This document shows positions 54,440-62,049 of a stretch of DNA of 64,000 nt, one piece after another. The position numbers and the translations under genes are program-made. Source of the stretch: Actinomycetota bacterium (GTDB lineage Bacteria > Actinomycetota > UBA4738 > JACQTL01); the NCBI GenBank assembly GCA_036394995.1, contig DASWED010000125.1:341-64340 (forward strand). The letters run 5' to 3'. Within the stretch, counting starts at the first letter, position 1; each line of letters begins with the position of its first letter. The notes under the pieces are model-generated. The model was not told the origin of the DNA. It was given only the letters and a program-made list of their open reading frames with translations, and did not search any database.

Positions 54440-55171
54440 CTACGCGGGGCTCTCCCCCCGGTCCGGAACGGCCAGGCCCTCGACCTCCGGAACGCGCTGC
54501 CACCTCCGTAGCAGCCCGTACAGCACGCCTGCGGCTGAGCCGCCGATGAGCGGCCCGAAGATGTAGATCCACAGGTCGGTGGAGGACCCGGCGACGATGG
54601 CGGGAGTGATCGACCGGGCGGGGTTGAACGACCCGCCCGAGACCGGGCCGATCACCGTGGCCGCGACGAAGATGAACCCGCCGATGGCGATCGGTGCGAA
54701 CACGCCCTGCCACGGGGCCCGCGTGTCGGTGGCGACGGCGTGGATTACCAGCACGAACAGGAACGTCCCGATGACCTCCAGCCAGAACGCGGTGCTGGTC
54801 TCGATCCCGGGGCCCGGCGCGTTCACCAGAGCCTTGCCGACGTTCGAGTCGAACAACCCCCGGACCGCGGCCGACGCCCCGATCCCGCCCACCAGCTGGG
54901 CCACCCAGTACGCCGGGACCTCCAGCCACGGGAACTGCCCGCCGAATGCCAGGCCCAAGGACACCGCCGGATTGAGATGCCCGCCCGAGATGTGACCGAA
55001 GGCGAAGATCATCATGGCCACGCCGAGGCCGAATCCCGCCGCGACACCGCCACTGCCGATGCTCCCGGAGATCGAGGTCGCCGCCGCGATGCCCATGAAC
55101 CCGAGGAAGAAGAACCCGAACGTCCCGATGGCCTCGACGATCGCCCGCTGGACGAGCGGTGGCTTGTTCAC
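54440..55171 (-). CDS. MIP/aquaporin family channel
   Basis: GTG 55171 after AAGGAGGA. Two NPA boxes, SGGHLNPAVSLG and SGGSFNPARSI. Confidence 0.9.
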   Translation of the reverse strand: MNKPPLVQRAIVEAIGTFGFFFLGFMGIAAATSISGSIGSGGVAAGFGLGVAMMIFAFGHISGGHLNPAVSLGLAFGGQFPWLEVPAYWVAQLVGGIGASAAVRGLFDSNVGKALVNAPGPGIETSTAFWLEVIGTFLFVLVIHAVATDTRAPWQGVFAPIAIGGFIFVAATVIGPVSGGSFNPARSITPAIVAGSSTDLWIYIFGPLIGGSAAGVLYGLLRRWQRVPEVEGLAVPDRGESPA

Positions 55172-55291
55172 TGCGGTCCTCCTTCCCCGGGCGGCTGCGG
55201 CCTCACGGTGTCCCGGACCCTACGCGCGACGGACAACCGACTCAAGCATCCGAGCGCCGCCACCGGGTCCCTCCTGCTAGCGTCGCGGCAC

Positions 55292-55837
55292 ATGGAGTCC
55301 GTTTGCGGAAGCCTGCTCGTGGCGGGGCCGGCCCTGCTCGACCCCAACTTCGCGCGGTCCGTGGTGCTGATCGCGGACCACGACGAGGACGGCGCCCTCG
55401 GGGTCATCCTCAACCGCCCGTTGCCGGTGGCCGTGCACGACGCCGCCCCGCCGCTCGCGCCGCTCGTCGACGCCGACGCGTCGCTGTTCCGGGGCGGCCC
55501 CGTGCAGCCCCAGGCTGTGGTGGTCCTGGCCGAGTTCGAACGGGTGGAGGACGCGGGGGTGCTGGCGTTCGACTCCATCGGGTTCCTGCTGGGTGACGTG
55601 GACCCCGACGTCGCGGGGCGCCTCCGCCGGGCGCGGGTGTTCGCCGGGTACGCGGGCTGGGGGCCCGGCCAGCTGGACGCGGAGCTCGAGGAGGATGGCG
55701 GCTGGATCGTCGAACCGGCCCTGCCCGCCGACCCCTTCACCGGCGAGCCCGACCAGCTGTGGAGCGCCGTCCTTCGCCGCAAGGGCGGCCACTACGCGAT
55801 CCTCGCCATGATGCCCCTCGACCCCTCATTGAACTAG
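55292..55837 (+). CDS. YqgE/AlgH family (UPF0301) protein
   Basis: GSLLVAGPALLDPNFARSVVLIADHDEDGALGVILNRP..LFRGGPVQP..VFAGYAGWGPGQLDAELEEDGW. Confidence 0.85.
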   Translation: MESVCGSLLVAGPALLDPNFARSVVLIADHDEDGALGVILNRPLPVAVHDAAPPLAPLVDADASLFRGGPVQPQAVVVLAEFERVEDAGVLAFDSIGFLLGDVDPDVAGRLRRARVFAGYAGWGPGQLDAELEEDGGWIVEPALPADPFTGEPDQLWSAVLRRKGGHYAILAMMPLDPSLN

Positions 55838-55900
55838 GGCGCCGGGCGTCGCGGAACCACTCCCTCCTCACCGGTTGGGTTCCCGGACGTCCGCAAGTGG

Positions 55901-56302
55901 GTGCAAGATGTGTCGCCGCCGGGGCGTCCCCCCCATGGCAACTCGATCTCCGACAACTCCTCGTACGGGATCTTGCCGATGTCCGGTGCGAACCACACCC
56001 AGCCGTACCCGGTCGTCACCACCGTGAAGCTCGCCAACGGGCAGCTGACCGTGAAGGGCACCCTCCAGAGCGACCCCAGCACGAACCACGCGGTCGAGCT
56101 GTTCGGCAACGCCGCGTGCGACCCGTCCAGGTTCGGGGAGGGGATGACCTACCTCGCGCAGGTCAAGGTGCTGACGGACGCGTCCGGGCAGGGGTCGTTC
56201 ACCGTGAACATCCCCTACAACGGCGCGGCGAAGCCGGTGGTCACCGCGACCGCGACGAACGTCAAGAAGGGCACCACGTCCGAGTTCTCGGCCTGCAAGT
56301 GA
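55901..56302 (+). pseudogene. Orphan C-terminal module of a beta-helix-type secreted protein (..TSEFSAC end), lacking the N-terminal body and signal peptide
   Basis: GNSISDNSSYGI..QPYPVVTTVKLANGQLTVKGTLQSDPSTNHAVELFGNAACDPSRFGEGMTYLAQVKVLTDASGQGSF..VTATATNVKKGTTSEFSACK. Only 63 nt separate it from the upstream gene. High GC3, so it may still be translated. Confidence 0.45.
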
Positions 56303-56324
56303 ACCGAACCCCGCGCGGCGATCC

Positions 56325-58841
56325 CTAGATCTGGGCCTCCGACGTGATCCTGTCGTTCTCGACGACCTTCTGACAGCCGGTCGCCCCCGGCAGCGGGGTC
56401 TGGTTGGAAAGGAAGACGCCGGTCATCTTGGTGGCCCGCCACACGCCGGCCACCACGTCGGCCTCCTTGACCCGGACCTCGAGCTTCTGGGAGAAGCGGG
56501 CCTTGCCGTCCCCGCAGTCGAACGTCTGGTTGATGATCTCGCGGTACGTCCCGTCCGCCGCCGGCTGGAGCTGGTTCCGGGAGATCCCGTCCGCCGACTC
56601 GCGGATGAGGGTCAGCCCGCAGCCGGTCGCCTCCCGGCAGTTGGGGACGAAGACGTACAACCGCTGGAGATCGTCGCCGACCTTCTTGTTGGGGACGTTG
56701 ACCAGCTTGGTCACGTGCAGCGTCGTGTCCCACGTTCCCAGCACGGCGCCCTCCGCGATTGGCGGGGGCTGCTCGCCGGGCTGGAGCGGCTGAGGCGAGG
56801 GCAGCTTCCGCAGGGAGCCGTTCACGCCGTCGGTCTCGTCCACCTTCGGGCACCCGGGCACGTTCTGGCCGGGCGGCGGCTCCCAGACGAAGTGGAACGC
56901 ACCCGTGAACGAGGTGGCCTGTGGGACGCCGACGACCCGTTGCACGTCGCTCACGTGCACGGTGAAGGTCCCGACGGTCTCCTCGTATTCGAAGGTCGTC
57001 GCGCCCGTGGACGAGTCCACGCACCGGAGCGGCGAGCTGGCCTGTCCGCTGACGGTCCTGCCGACGAACGGCCCGGTCGCGTCGATCTTCTCCCCGGTCC
57101 GGCTCTCGCCGATCAGCGCGAGGTCGCACGGCCGGGCCGCGCAGTCCGTGGAGAGGATCCAGCTGCTGCTGCGGCTCTGCCCCACCTTCACGCCCCGGAC
57201 CGTCGTGCTGAGGTGTTTCACGGTGACCTTCACGTTGTAGGAGCCGGACAGCGCCGTGGGCGGGGACAGCTCGGACTCGGTCGGGGACGGCGGTGCCGGC
57301 GAGGCCGGCGAGGCGGGCGGTGACGAGTTCGCGGGTGTCGTCGGCGGCGCCACCGCCGACGCGGTGGGACCGGTTGCCGAGGGCGGGGCGGACGACGCGA
57401 CCGCCTCGGGCTTCGAGCCCCCGCCCCCGAGCGCGATCGCGGCGATCGCGGCGATGACCAGGAGGGCGACGACCGCGACGCCGATCAGAAGGCCGCGCCG
57501 GGGCGCCCGCTGGCCCGCGGCCGCGACCGGTGGCTCGGCTCGCCGGGGCCTGGGCCTGCGCTGGTCCTTGGCGTGCCGGCCACCCGGCAGCGTCGGCCCC
57601 CCTCGACCGGCCGGGGGACGCTCGGGCGGCAGGAGCCGGGTGGGGTCGCCGATCCCGTCGTACAACCCCGGCTCGCGGGTCTGGCCGTGCTCGGCGAGGA
57701 TCCGGGGCGTTCGCTCGGTCGCCACGAACTCCTCGACGAGTGGATCCAGCCGGCCCCGGTGCATCGCCCCGAGGAACCCCTCCAGGCCATCTCGCGGGAT
57801 GCAGGCGTAGGCCACACGTCCCCGGCAGCGCGCCTCGAACACGACGAAGTCCCACGTGATGAATGTCGGGCGGACGTACAGCGACCCGCTGCGGTACGGG
57901 CGCAGGGCGTCGCCGAACGGTCCCGGGCGTGGGGACGCGCTCACCGGGTCGACGTCCACCGCGAGCGGCGCCTCCGACACGAGCGGCAGCCGACCGACGA
58001 CGAGTGAGTCCAGGAGCGTCACGTCAGACGCGGCGCCGTCGGATCCCAGGTGGTCCCGGGCGGCTTCCCACGCGGCCTCGAGGACCTGCTGTCCGGTGAC
58101 CGCCCGGCCGGTCCGTGTCCGCATCGCGGCCTCGCGTCCCTCGCGGTAGAGGTCCCCGCCGAACGCAGCGCTGCCGACGAATGTCCCGTATCGACGAACC
58201 GCGGGTTCGGTTCGAGCCCGCAGGGCCGGAGGGAGCGCGCGCCGAGCCGCCCGGTCGCCCGCCACCGCAGCGGCGCAGGCGCGCGCCGCCCCGACGGCGA
58301 AGGCGCTCGCGGCGGCGAGCAGCGGACCGTCGACGTGTTCGACCCCCAGCTCCGTGCGCGACGGACGCGGCCGCACCAGCATCCCGGGTGTCTCGGCCCG
58401 GCCGGTCAGCAGCATCATGGCGGGGGCGAACCGCCGTACGAACAGCCGGCAGACGCGGTCGTTCAGGCGGTCGGGCATGGCCACCGAGACGTGCGTCGAA
58501 TACCCCTCGAGCCGCATCTCGGGCGGGATCGCCCCGGCGAGCTCCTCGAGACCGGTCCGGACGAGTCCGCGTGCCGCGACGGTGAATCCGGGCCGCACGG
58601 GGACCGGCGGGATCGCGATCTCGGCCTCGGCCCCGTCGGCGGTGATGACGCCGCCCCACGCGCAGCGGAGGGCCAGCGGATCTCCCGGATCCACACGGCG
58701 CCCGGCCACGGGCAGCGTCGGGGCCAGCCAGCGGAAGTCGACGGGCTCCCGGCCCAGCCTGACGGTGTACTCCTGTTCGACGCCGAGCAGGGACGCGGGC
58801 TCCGGGTGCGCCACCCCGGAGCGGGGATCGCCGGCCTTCAC
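56325..58841 (-). CDS. Large single-pass membrane protein: cytoplasmic GCS2/glutamine-synthetase-fold-like (amidoligase-like) domain, TM helix, Pro/Ser linker, duplicated 4-Cys ectodomain
   Basis: Track ORF 56325..58913. I prefer GTG 58841, 7 nt after the upstream small-ORF stop. LGVEQEYTV, GAEAEIAIPP and EGYSTHVSVAMP resemble carboxylate-amine ligase motifs. TM helix LLIGVAVVALLVIAAIAAIAL. Two ~140-aa repeats each carry 4 Cys. Confidence 0.7.
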   Translation of the reverse strand: MKAGDPRSGVAHPEPASLLGVEQEYTVRLGREPVDFRWLAPTLPVAGRRVDPGDPLALRCAWGGVITADGAEAEIAIPPVPVRPGFTVAARGLVRTGLEELAGAIPPEMRLEGYSTHVSVAMPDRLNDRVCRLFVRRFAPAMMLLTGRAETPGMLVRPRPSRTELGVEHVDGPLLAAASAFAVGAARACAAAVAGDRAARRALPPALRARTEPAVRRYGTFVGSAAFGGDLYREGREAAMRTRTGRAVTGQQVLEAAWEAARDHLGSDGAASDVTLLDSLVVGRLPLVSEAPLAVDVDPVSASPRPGPFGDALRPYRSGSLYVRPTFITWDFVVFEARCRGRVAYACIPRDGLEGFLGAMHRGRLDPLVEEFVATERTPRILAEHGQTREPGLYDGIGDPTRLLPPERPPAGRGGPTLPGGRHAKDQRRPRPRRAEPPVAAAGQRAPRRGLLIGVAVVALLVIAAIAAIALGGGGSKPEAVASSAPPSATGPTASAVAPPTTPANSSPPASPASPAPPSPTESELSPPTALSGSYNVKVTVKHLSTTVRGVKVGQSRSSSWILSTDCAARPCDLALIGESRTGEKIDATGPFVGRTVSGQASSPLRCVDSSTGATTFEYEETVGTFTVHVSDVQRVVGVPQATSFTGAFHFVWEPPPGQNVPGCPKVDETDGVNGSLRKLPSPQPLQPGEQPPPIAEGAVLGTWDTTLHVTKLVNVPNKKVGDDLQRLYVFVPNCREATGCGLTLIRESADGISRNQLQPAADGTYREIINQTFDCGDGKARFSQKLEVRVKEADVVAGVWRATKMTGVFLSNQTPLPGATGCQKVVENDRITSEAQI

Positions 58842-58848
58842 GAGGGCG

Positions 58849-59043
58849 TCAGGCCTGGGGGCCCGTGGGGCCCGCCGAGCTGCCGGAGTCGTCTTCCTCG
58901 TCGTCCGCGCCACCCGTGGTCAGGCCGCGAACCGTCTGGAAATCGGAGATCAGCTGCATGACTCGATCGCGCAGCCCGGGCTCCTGCTGCTGCGCCATGG
59001 CCTTGAGCTGCTCGAGCACCTCGACGTTGGCCTTCTCGCCCAT
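58849..59043 (-). CDS. 64-aa helical protein with an acidic, disordered C-terminal tail
   Basis: ATG 59043 after GAGGAGAGGA, high GC3. MGEKANVEVLEQLKAMAQQQEPGLRDRVMQLISDFQTVRGLTTGGADDEEDDSGSSAGPTGPQA. Confidence 0.55.
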   Translation of the reverse strand: MGEKANVEVLEQLKAMAQQQEPGLRDRVMQLISDFQTVRGLTTGGADDEEDDSGSSAGPTGPQA

Positions 59044-59248
59044 ATCCTCTCCTCAGTCCGGCCGGGCCATCCTGGACCCATGCACATGGAAGACGCCTCG
59101 CCGGCGCACCCTAGCGCATCGACACCCGCCCGCGGAAGAGGTCCGGAGGCCCACGGCGACCCCCGAAGCGAAGTCGTAGGCTCTGCGATCCGGCCCGCCG
59201 TCACCGTCGGCCGGCGACCGGAATCCCCGCAGGAGGAGGTTTGCATCG

Positions 59249-59767
59249 ATGGGCGAGGCGCGGCCGTTCGGACGCTATCTGGAGGACTTCGAGGTCGGCG
59301 ACGTCTACAAGCACTGGCCGGGGAAGACCATCACCGAGTACGACGACCACCTGTTCTGCATGATCACGATGAACCACCATCCGCTGCACACGAACGCCCA
59401 CTACGCGGAGACCCAGACGCAGTTCGGGCGCAACGTGGTGGTGGGGAACCTCGTGTACTCGCTGGCGCTGGGGATGAGCGTGCCGGACGTCTCCGGGAAG
59501 GCCATCGCGAACCTCGAGGTGGAGACGCTGCAGCACCGGGCGCCGATGTTCCATGGCGACACGCTGTACGCGGAAACCACGGTGCTGGAGGTGAAGCCAT
59601 CCGGTTCCAAGCCGGACCGCGGCATCGTCACCGTGGAGACCCGCGGCTACAACCAGGACGGCGCCGAGGTTCTCTACTTCCGCCGCAAGGTCATGGTCCC
59701 GAAGCGCGGGACGGTGGACGAGCAACCCGGCCGCCCGGAGCCGAAGGCCGCCGATTCGGCGGGTTGA
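59249..59767 (+). CDS. MaoC-family (hot-dog) enoyl-CoA hydratase (mesaconyl-/itaconyl-CoA hydratase-like)
   Basis: ATG after AGGAGGAGG. FEVGDVYKHWPGKTITEYDDHLFCMITMNHHPLHTNAHYA..RNVVVGNLVYSL..HGDTLYAETTVLEVKPS. Confidence 0.85.
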   Translation: MGEARPFGRYLEDFEVGDVYKHWPGKTITEYDDHLFCMITMNHHPLHTNAHYAETQTQFGRNVVVGNLVYSLALGMSVPDVSGKAIANLEVETLQHRAPMFHGDTLYAETTVLEVKPSGSKPDRGIVTVETRGYNQDGAEVLYFRRKVMVPKRGTVDEQPGRPEPKAADSAG

Positions 59768-59774
59768 GGCCGGC

Positions 59775-60017
59775 GTGGCGCTTCGACTGGTCGATCGCCT
59801 CGACAGCGACCTCCCCGACCAGCTCCACCGGCTCTACCTGGCCGAATGGTGGACGCACCGCCGGGACGCGGACGACGTCCGCCGCATGCTGGAGGGCTCG
59901 GACGTCGTGATCGGGCTCGTGGACGAAGAGGGCGATCGGCCCCGAGTGGCCGGGTTCACCGCGGAACTCGGCGAGCTTCGGCTCATGCGCCGCGGGACGT
60001 CCCCCACGCCTCCGTGA
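59775..60017 (+). pseudogene. Possible N-terminal fragment of a GNAT acetyltransferase
   Basis: LHRLYLAEWWTHRRDADDVRRMLEGSDVVIGLVDEEGDRPRVAGF resembles the first ~60 aa of a GNAT. The acetyl-CoA-binding half is absent, and the ORF ends inside the UDG start. Confidence 0.3.
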
Positions 60018-60727
60018 GCCCCGCCGGACGAGCCCGTGCGCTGACGGCGCTGTCGAAGGAGGTGTCGACCTGCCGCCGGTGCCCCCGGCTGGTCGCCTGG
60101 CGCGAGGAGGTGGCCCGGACCAGGGTTGCCCGGTTCGCCGACGAGGAGTACTGGGGCCGGCCCCTCCCCGGCTTCGGCGACCCCGCGGCCCGGGTCCTGG
60201 TGGTGGGCTTGGCGCCCGCCGCCCACGGCGGGAACCGGACCGGCCGGATCTTCACCGGCGACCGGTCGGGCGACTTCCTGTTCGCGTCGCTGCACCGCAC
60301 CGGGTTCGCCAACCAGCCCGTCTCGACCCACCGGGGGGACGGCCTGCGCCTCAACGGCTTGTACGTGGCCGCGGCCGTTCGGTGCGCCCCGCCCGCCAAC
60401 CGCCCCACGCCCGCCGAGCGCGACGCGTGCCTCCCGTATCTGGCGCGTGAGCTCGGGCTGCTCACCGACGTCCGCGTCCTCGTCACGCTGGGCTCGTTCG
60501 CCTGGGACGCCGCGCTCCGGGCGCTCGCTTCGAGCGGCCATCGGGTCCGCCCCCGGCCGGAGTTCGGTCACCTGGCACAGGCGACGATCGGCCCCTACGT
60601 CCTCCTCGGTTCGTTCCACCCCAGCCAGCAGAACACCTTCACCGGGAAGCTCACGCCGCCCATGCTCGATGCCGCCTTCCGTCGGGCCGGTGAGATCGCG
60701 TTCGCAGGGTCGGAGGATAGGCCATGA
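60014..60727 (+). CDS. Uracil-DNA glycosylase, family 5 (UdgB-like)
   Basis: GTG 60014. CRRCPRLVAWRE..VLVVGLAPAAHGGNRTGRIFTGDRSGDFLF..LLGSFHPSQQN. Confidence 0.85.
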   Translation: MSPAGRARALTALSKEVSTCRRCPRLVAWREEVARTRVARFADEEYWGRPLPGFGDPAARVLVVGLAPAAHGGNRTGRIFTGDRSGDFLFASLHRTGFANQPVSTHRGDGLRLNGLYVAAAVRCAPPANRPTPAERDACLPYLARELGLLTDVRVLVTLGSFAWDAALRALASSGHRVRPRPEFGHLAQATIGPYVLLGSFHPSQQNTFTGKLTPPMLDAAFRRAGEIAFAGSEDRP

Positions 60728-61188
60728 TGACGCCGTTTTCGTCGATGACCATGGCCGACATCCGACGCTACGCAGCCGAGGCCGACTCGACCGACACCCT
60801 CGGGCGACCGCGCCTCTCGGCGAGGCACCACCACGTGCCGGTGGACGGCCCGCCGTGGAACGGTTTCCCGGGCGAGGAGATCATGCCCGGCGAGCTGTTC
60901 CTGGGCGGCATCGCGACCTGCGCCGTCGAGCTGATCCAGATGTTCGCCCGCGACGATGGCATCCCCCTCGGCGTGGTGCACGTCGACGTCCGGGCCGAGG
61001 TGGATCGGGAGCGCCAGCCACACGTGGGGCGCACCGTGCTCAGCCGCGTCCGGATGCGAGTGGAGGTGCAGGGCGTGTCCGGCGCGACGGCCGAGGAGCT
61101 GGTCGAGCGCTTCAAGGCGAGGTGACCGCTGTTCGGCACGGTCGCGGTCGCGACCGACGTGGAGGTGGAAGTAGAGGCGAGGGGCTGA
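60724..61188 (+). CDS. OsmC/Ohr-family peroxidase-like protein read through an in-frame TGA at the conserved C-terminal Cys-Pro position: candidate selenoprotein
   Basis: Track ORF 60724..61125 ends ..ELVERFKAR-TGA(61123-61125). The same frame continues PLFGTVAVATDVEVEVEARG* with its stop at 61186-61188. E. coli OsmC reads KAKAGCPVSQVLKAEITLDYQL here. The first conserved Cys is present (GGIATCAVE). Confidence 0.5.
61139..61156 (+). promoter_or_regulatory. SECIS-like hairpin 13 nt downstream of the in-frame TGA
   Basis: CGGUCGC-GGUC-GCGACCG: a perfect 7-bp stem. The GGUC apical loop starts 20 nt after the UGA and resembles the G/U-containing loop of the E. coli fdhF SECIS. Confidence 0.35.
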
Positions 61189-61667
61189 GCGGGGGCTGCA
61201 CGATCACCGGCACGTCCGGTGACGATCACCTCGTCGGAACGTCCGGGCACGATCAGATCTGCGGCGGCAACGGGGACGACGTGATCGAGGGCAGGGGAGG
61301 CGGCGACGTGTTGATCGGGGGTCCCGGTGCCGACAGCCTGATCGGCGGCCTCGGCAACGACACCATGCTGGGTGGCCCCGGTCCGGACGTGCTCCTCGGC
61401 GGCCGGGGCGCCGACTACGGCGAGGGTGGCCGGGGGAACGACTCGCTGAACGGCGGTCCGGGGGCGGAGGTCCTGGCCGGGCAGGAGGGCAACGACATCA
61501 TCCACGGCCAGGGCGGCAACGACCGGTGCCTCTCGGCATCCGACCTGGTGGAGGGCAACGACTCCGTGGACGGCGGTCCGGGGACCGACACGGGCGACGC
61601 CGACGACGGCGACGAGGTCATCAGCCTCGAGAACGAGTTCGCCGACGGGTCCTGCTTCGCCGAGTAG
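61185..61667 (+). pseudogene. RTX-type (GGxGxD nonapeptide) calcium-binding repeat ORF with no canonical start codon or signal peptide
   Basis: ..GGCTITGTSGDDHLVGTSGHDQICGGNGDDVIEGRGGGDVLIGGPGADSLIGGLGNDTMLGGPGPDVLLGGRGADYGEGGRGNDSLNGGPGAEVLAGQEGNDIIHGQGGND... The upstream in-frame codons include no ATG, GTG or TTG before the repeats, only CTG at 61185. The first GTG, at ~61279, is already inside the repeats. Confidence 0.4.
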
Positions 61668-61709
61668 ACGCGGCGGAAACGGCGCGGCCTGCGTATGCTC
61701 GGAGGCGAG

Positions 61710-61982
61710 ATGGACATCGTCGGGCTTCTCATCATGGGGCTCATCGTGGGGGCCATCGGACGACTGGTCGTCCCGGGCCGCCACCGCCTCGGGTTCTTCG
61801 GGACCATGGCCGTCGGCGTGGCCGGCGCGTTCCTCGGCTGGTGGATCGGCAAGGGCATGGTCGGCGACCGCTACCACCTGCACCCGTGGATCTGGGCCAT
61901 CATCGGGTCGATCCTCGTCGTCCTGGTGGTGAGCGCGCTCACACGGGGCCGCTCCGGCCGGCCGCTGAGCGGTCGCTGGTAG
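61710..61982 (+). CDS. GlsB/YeaQ/YmgE (transglycosylase-associated) family stress membrane protein
   Basis: ATG 61710 after GGAGG. MDIVGLLIMGLIVGAIGRLVVPGRHRLGFFGTMAVGVAGAFLGWWIG. Confidence 0.8.
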   Translation: MDIVGLLIMGLIVGAIGRLVVPGRHRLGFFGTMAVGVAGAFLGWWIGKGMVGDRYHLHPWIWAIIGSILVVLVVSALTRGRSGRPLSGRW

Positions 61983-62004
61983 CGCTCCTGCGCATCGCCG
62001 GCCG

Positions 62005-62021
62005 ACCCCGGGGACCGGGGT
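62005..62021 (+). terminator. Short GC hairpin after the GlsB-family gene
   Basis: ACCCCGG-gga-CCGGGGT: 7-bp stem. Confidence 0.25.
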
Positions 62022-62049
62022 AGTCCGGACCCGGCAGTATCCTGGCCGG

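Noticed and set aside
58849-59043. The small acidic-tailed protein as a Pup (prokaryotic ubiquitin-like protein) homolog
   Set aside because: Pup ends in GGQ or GGE and has a characteristic helical C-terminal half. This protein ends ..GPTGPQA, and its helical part is N-terminal. No pafA, dop or proteasome genes are nearby. I kept it only as a loose analogy in the amidoligase hypothesis.
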